Assembly: GCF_048593235.1 (NCBI RefSeq)
Contig: NC_133622.1
Span: forward strand, 249,740,055-249,804,054
Origin: Sminthopsis crassicaudata
Lineage: Eukaryota
Length of the DNA: 64,000 bases
Reading direction: 5' to 3'
Shown: in pieces, positions 12,556 through 37,730 of the stretch
Numbering within the stretch: the first letter of the stretch is position 1
Layout of the letters: every line of letters begins with the position of its first letter
Program-made: the position numbers and the translations under genes
Notes under the pieces: model-generated
The model's input: only the letters and a program-made list of their open reading frames with translations
Told to the model about the DNA's origin: nothing
The model's database searches: none

Positions 12556-14398
12556 GAGCTCTTAATTAATCTTTTTTGTCTGGGGACCGGCACCTGACAC
12601 TTAATGGGCACCTAATGCTGGTGGATTGCTGGATTCCTGACTGCAAAGCTGAAACTTTCCTCATCTGTAAAATGGAGATAATCCCATCAATAGGGCTTCT
12701 CTCAGAGGGCTGGGCTTTCAGAAGGGGCTTGGCCCACCTCAAGGCGCCTAAGACCGGGGAGGAATCCTTATGGCTATTTGTACAGAAAAGGAAACTGAGG
12801 CTCAAGCAGGCCAGCCTCTCCCCTCCTCCCCCCAGCGAGACACATTTGCCAGGCTGTCGCCCTCCTGTTGCAGCCCCAGCAGGAGACCTTGCCACCCTCC
12901 CCCTCCTCCCACCTTGCCGTCTTTCTGGGTTTCTAGGTCCAGCCTTAGGTAAAATTGTGGCCTGCACAGAACTGGGCTCAGCCCCTCTAGAGTTCTGCTC
13001 CGCGAAGCCCCAGCTATGGCTCGGGGGCGGGGGCCCACAGGCAGGCTCCGAGCCAGGCCCGAGCGCGGGGGCTCTGAGCCCCGCCCTGCGCCCCCCCGCC
13101 CCCGCCCCCGCCCCCCCCCTCCCCCCCTTTCTCTGGAGGCGGATTATTTCTCTCTTCGGAAAGTGGGCTCGCAGGGACGCTAGCCCAAGACCAGGGGCAT
13201 CATGCGGCGCGGGGGGCTGAGAGGCTTCAGGCGGGGCTGCTTTTGGCCAGCCTGCGGCCCCCCATTTCAGAGCCCCCGGCGTCTCCGGGGCCCCAGAGTT
13301 TGCCGAGCAGCCGCCTCGGGTGCTCGTCAGGGGTTGTGTCCCTCCCCTAGGATAAACCTGGCTGATAAACCTGAAAACGGGGATTAGCTCCGGCGGGGGC
13401 GGGGGGGGGGGGGGGGGGGGCCGCTCCGGCCGTTCCCGCGGGAGCCGGCCCGGCAGGCTGGGGCCGGTGGGAAACATCAGCTTCGTGCTGTGTGACTTCG
13501 AGCAAGTGGCTGCCCCCTCTGGTTCACAGCGCGCGATTGACAAACTGAGGGAGAAGAGGAAACGGGGGGGGGGGGGGGGGCGCGGGCGGCTGCTGAGGCT
13601 CCGGCCACTGGGCTCTCTCGGGAGCGCGGGGCCAGGCGTCCCCGGATCTTCGGCGGTTCTGCTGGGAGAAAGGGCCATTAGGCAGCTAAGTGCTTCCGAC
13701 CGGGGAGGGGGGGCAGGAGATGAGGGGGGGTGGCAAGCTGGGGGAGGGAGGAGGCGGGGTGGGGGGGGACTGGCTGGGGAATAGGGGGCAGGGCTGGGGG
13801 CTGGCTGACTGAGGGAGACGGGGAAGGGTGGGGGGTGGCCAGTTGGGGGAAGGAGAGGGTGGGCTGGGGGGAGAGAGGAGGAGGGGAGGGGCGGGTGGAC
13901 GGCTGCCTGGGGGAGACGGGGGAGGAGAGAGGAGGGGGCTGGGAGTCCGGGCTTCTTCCAGGACAGAGCGAGGCAGCAGGAGCCCAGCCGGGACCGGGAT
14001 CTCAGTCCGCTCTGAGCCCTCGGAGCCTGGACCCCGGCCCTGGCGCTCGGCCCGGGCCGTCCTCGCCTGGCCGCCAGAGGGCGAGGCCTCCTGCCCTAGC
14101 TCCAGCCCCGGACTCCTGAGTTCTGGGAAGGCAGTGGGACCGGAGGGGCGGGAGGAGCAGGGGGCGTGGCATCTCCAGGCCCCGCCCCGCCCTGCCCGGG
14201 CCGCCCCGAGAGAAAGTCCCGGACTGCGCTGCCGCCGCCTCCTCCTCCTCCACCCCCTCCTCCTCCCGCTCCTCCGGCTCGGCTGCCCCCGCCGCTGCGC
14301 TCGGCGCGGGGAGCCGGACCCTGAGCGGACCGTCGGGGCTCGAGCCCGCAGCCCGGTGCGGCCCGCCCTCCGCCCCGGCCCCGGCTCCCGGGGGAGCC

Positions 14399-30219
<15,821 letters not shown>

Positions 30220-30781
30220 GCCGGGGCGGGCAGGGCCGCCAGCCGAAAGGGAAGACACTAAACCTGTTTTTAAAACTTTTTATTTTTTTTAAATTTTTTA
30301 TTTTTTTAAATTCAGGGTGGCAAGAAGCCTCCCTCCCCCTCCTCCTTAACCCTCTTTAGTCCCAGCGGGGGTGTGTCTGTCCGTCTGCATGTGTATGTGT
30401 ACTTGTGAGTCAGAGTGTGTCCCCCCCCCTCCAGCCCCCCTCCCCCCTGAGCTGATAACTAGGGCGGGCCCTGACCTGCCTGGGGCCAAGGATCAGCTGA
30501 GGTGGGTGGGGAGATAAGGGATAAAATGGGGCTTGCCCTTCCCCCTTCACATGATGCTCACACTCCAGAGGCAGGAATGCCCCTCCCCCACATCATAATT
30601 TCTTTGAGATCCCAGGATGTGGTGGGAGTATCTCCTCCTCCCCCCTCAGTGCTCCCCTGGCCCTTGAAGCCTCTTGGGGGGCGTGGTCAGAAAGGTGGGG
30701 CTGGGGACACTTGTTCTCTCCAGATTTGGGGGTCAGAAGCACCAATTTCTGTCTCTTCTGCTTGTTTTTGGTTTCTATGTT

Positions 30782-30787
30782 AATAAA
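30782..30787 (+). terminator. Polyadenylation signal of PLCB3
   Basis: AATAAA about 560 nt after the stop codon, preceded by U-rich sequence. Confidence 0.7.
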
Positions 30788-31319
30788 AGTGGATTCCAAG
30801 GCCTGCACCACCTGTTCTTGTGTGATTGGGGATCCGGCCGATCCCAGGGGCAGCTCCCACAATCAGAGATTGGATGGACAGGAAGCTTCCGAGACTCCCT
30901 CTAGCCCCTTTCAAGCTAGCTTCTCCTCTGTTAGTGTCACCAGACACAGTTGGAACGCCCTTCTGTTCCACACAATCCAACCCATCTTTCCAGACTCGCC
31001 CTGAACTGGACTGGAAAAGTCACTGGCACAAGACCTAGCTGCATCCCTACAAACAAGTCCTGGGGTGGGTGAAAGTCCTCCAGGCACAGAACTCTTCTAG
31101 CTCATACCTGTAGAGACCAGATCTTGGAAGCTGGGATGATGTATGTCCCCTTCTCCCTGGAGGGCCTGGAGCAGAGCTGTTTAATTATTCAGTGCTCTTT
31201 ATTCAAGGCTTTCCAAGAGGGACTAGAGCAGCGCCTTGGGGAATAATGGTTCACCCAAATCTCGGAGGTTCATCCTTAGAGAACTTGTCCAAAAACATCC
31301 TCCGAATCAATAAACCAGT

Positions 31320-32400
31320 GCTTCCGAATTAGGGTTGGTGCTAAGTGTTGGCCATTAAAAAAAAAAGTCTTCCCCTCAAGGATATCACAGTCTGATGGGG
31401 AAGGAAGGTGACAAACAAACTAGAGACTGGAAAAACAGGACATAATTAATGGAGAGAAGCACTGGGGGATTAAGCATTGGAAAGACTTCCTGCAGAAAGT
31501 GGGGTTTTAGTTGGGATTTAAAGGAAGCCTGGAGGTCATTGATCGGAACTGGCAGAGAAAGAGCCTTCTGGGCATTGGGTGAGAATGCTCAGGTTGAGGG
31601 TCCTATTCTCAGAGGCCAGTATCACTGCAGAATATGTGTGGGGGAATAAGATGTAAGAGGGGAATAGTTGAGGGGAAGAGATTGATGGAGGGTTTTGAAA
31701 GTTTGCTCCTGGAAGTGATAGGGAGTCACTGAGGAGAAGCTTGACACGGTCATACTTCATTTTAGGAAACTCAATTTGTTGGCTGAATGGAAAGAGAGGC
31801 TTGAGGCAGGCAGACCCCCTAGTAGTTGTTGCAGTAGTTTAGGTGTGAAGTGGTGAGGGTCTGCACCTGCCGAGGGGGTGCTATCTCAGGGGAGAAAAGG
31901 GAGCATATTAGATGTGAAATCCACAAGAGATATCACAAAAGTGAAATCTACAAGAGATGTTACAAAGATGAAATCCACAAGAGTTGTTTGTTACAAAGGT
32001 GAAATCTACAAGAGATACTCCAAAGGTGAAATCTACAAAAGATACTGACAAATGAAATCTTTTAAGATATATTCCCAAGGTGAAATGTACCAGAGATGTT
32101 GCAAAGGTGAAATCTACAAGAGATATTTCAAAAGTGAATCTATAAGAAATGGCTGGAAAAGTGAAAGGCCTTTACCACAACTTGGATGGGGCTGGAGGGG
32201 GAGTCCAGGATGACTTGGACCCTGAGGGAGTGGGAGGATGGCTGAATGGTAAGCTAAGAGTAGGGGGAGGGGTTGGAGAAGGTGAAGGTAAGATCATTAG
32301 TTCTATTTTAGACATGTTGAGTTTAATTCTTCTACTGCAACCTGAAACTAAAAGACAGCTGGAGGTGTGAGAAATTGGAGGTCAGGAAACAGAATGGGGC
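31320..32400 (-). mobile_element. Old LINE-2-like remnant (3' region) with an internal tandem expansion
   Basis: Purine-rich degenerate sequence (gtgctaagtgttgg...ccctcaaggatatcacagtctgatgggg; ggaaagacttcctgcagaaagtggggttttagttggg) typical of L2 3' ends in marsupials. Similar remnants lie at about 50400-51000 and 51200-52400. Confidence 0.55.
31912..32145. repeat. About 27-bp tandem repeat, about 9 diverged copies
   Basis: Consensus approximately aaaggtgaaatctacaagagatrttnc. Confidence 0.85.
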
Positions 32401-32585
32401 AGAAAATATAGATCTGAGAAACAGAATAAATCAATTTATTTTTATTTTTTTAATCGATTTAATTTGGTTCTTTCATATTTGATTCATTTTGGTTGGAGTT
32501 TCCCTTGGCTCCCGTTAGCACAATCCTGCTCTCTTGCCCCTCCATCATTTTCTGCTCTTCTTCCTGGATTCCTCTGCTTTCCTGA

Positions 32586-33023
32586 TGAATGAGATAAGGT
32601 GAGATCTCTCAAGACAGTTGCGAAAATCGAGTAAGGCTTCATCTACTTCAGAATTCTAGTAGGCCTGAAGGACTTTGAAGTTCAAGTAAAGGACATTGCC
32701 TTCCCCTCCTATGATATCTCCCTATTTCATCCAAATATGGGCAACTATGTACTTATTGGTCAAGTTCAATTTCATGGGTAGATCTCGCGTTTAGAATGTA
32801 AGACTCTCAGCCAATGAGGATGAGGGTCAGTGGTGGGAGGGGGCGTTTTGCTTTAGGGATTAAAGGTGCTGTCCTGCCCACAGGAGGCGCTTCCTCTCTT
32901 CGATAGTCTACTCGAAGAGTGGGACGCCCTTCTCGCGAGAAGTACAATAAACTTTGCTTTTCTCTAGAGCTCTCTCCAGCTTTTTTATTAAATGGTGTTC
33001 CCTCACCATTTCCGTACCACACA
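32586..33023 (+). repeat. 5' LTR (438 bp)
   Basis: tgaatgag...gtaccacaca, with CCAAT (32810), a GC box, TATA-like ATTAAA (about 32859) and AATAAA (32946-32951). Identical to the 3' LTR except at 32852. Confidence 0.96.
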
Positions 33024-33026
33024 GTT

Positions 33027-33043
33027 TGGGGGCTAGTCCGGAT
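33027..33043 (+). promoter_or_regulatory. Primer-binding site, tRNA-Pro type
   Basis: TGGGGGCTAGTCCGGAT versus the canonical tRNA-Pro PBS TGGGGGCTCGTCCGGGAT (one substitution, one G missing), 3 nt after the 5' LTR. Confidence 0.8.
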
Positions 33044-33429
33044 CCTTTACTCGGTGAGTAAGTGAACTCCTGGGTGCTAGTGGGATGGCGCCCTGCCTTG
33101 ATTTAGGCAGCCCGCCAGCTTCCAGGGGCTTCTCCTTGCTCCCTGACGTAGAGTGGACCCGAAGTGGAGAAACTCAGAGAAAAGCAACGGAAACTCCGCG
33201 GTGAAAATCCCAACCGGTTGGTGGAGGACAGATCAGTCAAGAAATTTGCTGCGCAGCAACCCAGTGGAGGTAAGCGTCCTGTGAAGCCCCTTGAGTCTAG
33301 TTATAGGTTCTGGAGGGGGCTGTAGACGGTAGACAGGAAGAGAGCTAGGCCTTCCTGGGTGACTGAGCTAACAGGCGACTGTTAGCGTGTTTGGGCGTTT
33401 AGGAGTCTGTTAAACTCCTTCCAAATTCA

Positions 33430-33600
33430 ATGGGTGTGGCCTAGTCCCAGCCAGCCCTCGCGGAGAGAAATGAGAAAAATATCAGAAAATACCGGTAGAT
33501 ATTCCCTTGGGAGATAAATTAAGTAATTGGAACAAACTGCCAAAATATGAGGAAAAATAAAAAGCAAGAAAAAGATAAGGTATTGTTGTTTTGTTGCAGA
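33430..33600 (+). pseudogene. Degenerate gag matrix remnant
   Basis: Translates as QKIPVDIPLGDKLSNWNKLPKYEEK* then, frameshifted, KIRYCCFV. This resembles the class I ERV MA motif IPxDxPLG..L..W....K.K..I.YC. No capsid, protease, RT or RNaseH is recognisable downstream. Confidence 0.5.
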
Positions 33601-34369
33601 CTGGTGGTGCCAAAAGGATTAAATGGTACCTGAAAGGAAGGACCTGAGAGGATTTAATTCCATTAGCCCTTCCAGGGGCCTTCAGGCGGGGAGGAGAACT
33701 AGGTCTTTTGAAGCAGGGGTCGTTTCAGCTGACCAGAAATAGCTGTTAGTAGATCCCATTTGGGATCAGAAACCTTGTACATGGGGAAGTATGTGGGATT
33801 GAGCCAGTGAAGATGGTGGCTTCCTTCCTCTTCCTCCCACGTGTCCTGACTGCAGCAGGGCCACGTGGGCCGGGGGAAAGAAACTGCTATTTAGTGAAGT
33901 TCATTGTTTTAAATCTGATAGCAAAGTAGTTTTATATTATTGGGAATTTAAAGCTGTGATTGGGATTTTAAGTTAAAACATAGGTTTTTAAAACAATGCT
34001 GGTAGCTTACTTAGGGGAGGTTGTGGTTGTATCTCCCTACTTAGATGGTATGTTTGCTAGAGGTATTGGGTAATTTGTAACTGAGCTATGCCTTAAGTAT
34101 TTGTCAGCTCTGGGCATGTATTAAGTTTTATGAAATTTGGGTCAGTTACGTGCAAACATTGAAGTGTAAAGTTTAAAAATATATACATATATATTTACTT
34201 AAAGACGGACAGGAAAGATTGATTTGTAAAAGTAATTAATAGTTTAAATGGAGCTATGATATATTGGGTCGGGAAGCATGGTGGTGTGGGGGAAGGGTGA
34301 CCACGTGGAGAGGTCCCTCCTCCCATTAAGTATAGTGGGTTTTTTTTTTGTTTGTTAGTTTGTTTTTAA

Positions 34370-35363
34370 CAACTGCACCAGGGCAGTCACTGGGATGTCC
34401 AAAACCTGTGTGATGCTATACTGACAAGGTATGTTTCCCCCGGCCTATATACTATGGCTCCACAACTGGTGGACGGTTGTCTTGTTTGTCGAAGGACTAA
34501 CAGGGCTGCCCAACGCCAGCTTCCAAAAGGGGGACGACCTCCTGGAATCAGACTATTCCAAAGCATCCAGGTGGACTTTACTGAGCTGCCACCAGTGGGT
34601 CGCCTTAAGTTCTTGCTGGTCATAGTGGACCATCTGACCTCATGGGTGGAGGCATTCCCGTCAGGCCGAGCAACTGCCTCGACAGTAAGTAAGGTCTTAT
34701 TAGAACAAATTATTCCTAGGTACGGAATGGTGGAGAGGATAGACTCGGGTCAGGGAACACATTTTTCTGCCCAGGTATTGCAGAATCTGATTAGGGCCTT
34801 AGAAATCACTTGGGATCTCCATACCCCTTGGCATCCTCCCTCTTCTGGGAACGTAGAAAGGATGAACCAAGAAATAAAACGGCAGTTGACTAAGTTATCT
34901 TTAGAGACCCAACTACCTTGGACGAAATGCCTTCCTCTCGCTCTGGTTAGAATCAGGACCAAGCTGCGTAGAGATATTGGGCTTTCACCTTATGAATTAT
35001 TGTATGGTCATCCTTTCCAGGCTTATCCTAAGGGAGACTGGGACCCTATTTTAGAAACTAAGGATTTGTTTGTTAAGAGATATGTTAAATCATTGCTGGA
35101 ACATTTGCAAGGACTTCAACAAAAAGGGCTAATAGCTCAGACTCCTCCTCTAGGTTTCCCTGTTCATAGAATTCAGGTTGGTGATTGGGTGCTGATCCAA
35201 GAAGCTGACTCCATGCTGGGACGGACCCTACCAAGTGATACTGACTTCAGATACTGCGATTCGCACTCAGGAACGAGGCTGGACACACCACACCAGGACA
35301 AAAGCACCTGTGGCGCCACCGTTATCAGAGTGGACAGTTGAAGACAGGGGAGACCTCCAATGA
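34370..35363 (+). pseudogene. ERV integrase (pol 3' end), catalytic Asp mutated, C-terminal frameshift
   Basis: Open frame from 34370: LHQGSHW...GCLVC (HHCC), IQVDFTELP, IDSGQGTHF (catalytic D replaced by G), SSGNVERMN, LSPYELLYGHPF. A frameshift near 35200 leads into WDGPYQV...GWTHHTRTK*. Confidence 0.9.
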
Positions 35364-35388
35364 CATAAGAGGAGGGGACCTCCACTGA

Positions 35389-37154
35389 ATGGGAATTGTA
35401 ACTGTATGACTTTTCTTACTTTGGGTCTCTTTGCCTGTTTGTGATTTGATATATTTTCCTTTGGGAAGTTCACCTTAACTTTACGGTGTTATAATAGTTG
35501 AACATTATGAGGCTCTCCCTAAGCTTTGGGTTTATCTATTTCCTTATGACCTTCTAGAGATGAGAACCAATTTCTCCTGCTCATGCAGAATATAGGGAGC
35601 ACATTTAACTTATCAAATTGTTGGACCTGTGGTGGATCCCAACAATTGAACCAATGGCCATGGGTACCTGTCCCCTTAAGCCCAGCCTGGATCCTTAGCA
35701 ACAGATCCCAAATTCATAATGGGACCGGTTTCCAGATTTGAGAAGAGAAACATCAGTGGTCATTGACCAAAGATAGGAAAGGGAAATACTGCTTAAATCA
35801 GACAGGACAAGGTTTGAAGCTGGGAATTAGTGTATGTGAGTGGACCTATTCGAGAACAGACCTGAGGCCAAAGACAATTGACTGTACAAAAATGTCTAAA
35901 TATTGGCGGGATACGGGGAGGAATCCTCAATTGAAGTGTGGGAAGGACTAGAAAGACTGTACCTTGGATGTTCTCCCAGAAATAGGAGAGCAGGGATATT
36001 GCTATCAACAAGTCACTACTGCTGAGTGTAGTGAAGTAGAATGGGATGTATTGGGATGTATAAAAGAGAATAAGAGGAAAGGGAACATATACATTGGGTA
36101 CAGTTACCAATGGGGTTGGTATAATGTCACCCCAGGGACACCCGGGCAACATGGGACTCTGTTTTCCACATTTTGGAGTACCTCTAATCTAACAGGCCAG
36201 TGGCCAGTTGCCAATTGTAGTTGGAGAAAAGAGCAAGGTTTATGAAAATGCCAGTAAAACCCCTTTGTGGGGGAAGCCCCCTAGGGACGAGAGACCAACA
36301 ATATTACCCTTTTACAAGGAATAGCTCAAGACATATTTCCAAGGGAACAACCTGCTCTAAAGGGTCATTATTGGATCTGTGGTTTAACTGCCTATACTCA
36401 TCTGCCTCTTAATTGGACAGGGAATTGTTATATTGGACTAATAAGGCCAAAAGTTTTCTTTCTTCCCGAACAGGCAAACCAATATTTAGGGATTCAGTTG
36501 TATGATAATTTGGGAAGGGAGAAACGGAGTTTAGATACCTCCATCACTTGGACTGGAGATGCAAATGGTTGGGGTGAGGCCTGGCCTCCAGAAAGAATAG
36601 TCAAAGAGTATGGGCCAGCGACCTGGGCTCAAGATGGAAGTTGGGGATATAGAACTCCAATATACATGTTGAACAGGATAATTAGGCTTCAGGCAGTTGT
36701 AGAGATTATCACCAATCAGACAGCTGAGGCACTACAGCTTTTGGCTGATGAAGCTACTCAAACCAGAGAGGCTGTTTTACAACATAGACTTGTGCTGGAT
36801 TACTTGTTGGCTGAGGAAGGGAGAGTTTGTGCTAAACTAAATTTATCCACATGTTGTATAAAGATTGGTAACAATGGTAATCTAGTGAAAGAAATCACTA
36901 AGAACATTAGGAAGCTTGCTCATGTTCCTGTACAGACTTGGACCTCACTGTTCAATACTTCTTGATGGTCCTGGTTTGGGAAGCTGGAAGTTGGAAGTTG
37001 GCAGCTCCTTTGGTTGGGCCTTATAGCTTTTAGTGGTGTTATATTATTCCCTATCTACATCCCTTGTTTGATCAGATTAATAACCAGAATTGTCCAAAAC
37101 TCATCATCTGGAATGATCAGGTTGGAAGAGAAAGCTGAAGGGTCTGTTAAATAG
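35389..37154 (+). pseudogene. ERV3/HERV-I-like env pseudogene
   Basis: ENQF...NLSNCWTCGG...WPW (SU), GHYWICG, furin site REKR, WPPERIVKEYGPATWAQDGSWGYRTPIYMLNRIIRLQAV, ISD LQHRLVLDYLLAEEGRVC, CX7CC, a hydrophobic anchor and a natural stop at 37152-37154. There are six in-frame stops between 35550 and 36965. The start at 35389 is tentative. Confidence 0.9.
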
Positions 37155-37276
37155 ATGCTGTTAAAAGGGTAAGGGTGGAGCCGGTGGCCCAAGGCCAACA
37201 GAAACCAGAAGGAAGTGAGGAATTCATAGGGAATGTGAAATTATGTTACAAAAATTTGAAGAGATCTCAGTGTACA

Positions 37277-37292
37277 AAATAAGAGGAGGGAC
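37277..37292 (+). promoter_or_regulatory. Polypurine tract
   Basis: aaataagaggagggac directly abutting the 3' LTR TG. Confidence 0.85.
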
Positions 37293-37730
37293 TGAATGAG
37301 ATAAGGTGAGATCTCTCAAGACAGTTGCGAAAATCGAGTAAGGCTTCATCTACTTCAGAATTCTAGTAGGCCTGAAGGACTTTGAAGTTCAAGTAAAGGA
37401 CATTGCCTTCCCCTCCTATGATATCTCCCTATTTCATCCAAATATGGGCAACTATGTACTTATTGGTCAAGTTCAATTTCATGGGTAGATCTCGCGTTTA
37501 GAATGTAAGACTCTCAGCCAATGAGGATGAGGGTCAGTGGTGGGAGGGGGCGTTTTGCGTTAGGGATTAAAGGTGCTGTCCTGCCCACAGGAGGCGCTTC
37601 CTCTCTTCGATAGTCTACTCGAAGAGTGGGACGCCCTTCTCGCGAGAAGTACAATAAACTTTGCTTTTCTCTAGAGCTCTCTCCAGCTTTTTTATTAAAT
37701 GGTGTTCCCTCACCATTTCCGTACCACACA
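37293..37730 (+). repeat. 3' LTR (438 bp)
   Basis: Copy of the 5' LTR with a single difference (G at 37559 versus T at 32852). AATAAA at 37653-37658. Confidence 0.96.

Larger units (their letters stand above)
32586..37730 (+). mobile_element. Class I (gamma-like) endogenous retrovirus, internally deleted provirus, 5145 bp
   Basis: Two TG...CA LTRs, 4-bp TSD ctga (32582-32585 and 37731-37734), tRNA-Pro PBS, splice donor G/GTGAGT at 33054, gag remnant, integrase, env and PPT, in the canonical order. Confidence 0.96.

Noticed and set aside
12566-13678. 370-aa ORF on the - strand upstream of PLCB3
   Set aside because: Runs through a MIR core and G/C homopolymers, with no domain signal.
34454-35341. 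Domesticated integrase gene
   Set aside because: It sits inside a provirus with near-identical LTRs (too young for fixation under selection at this locus) and has a mutated catalytic residue and a frameshift. Kept only as a hypothesis in the findings.
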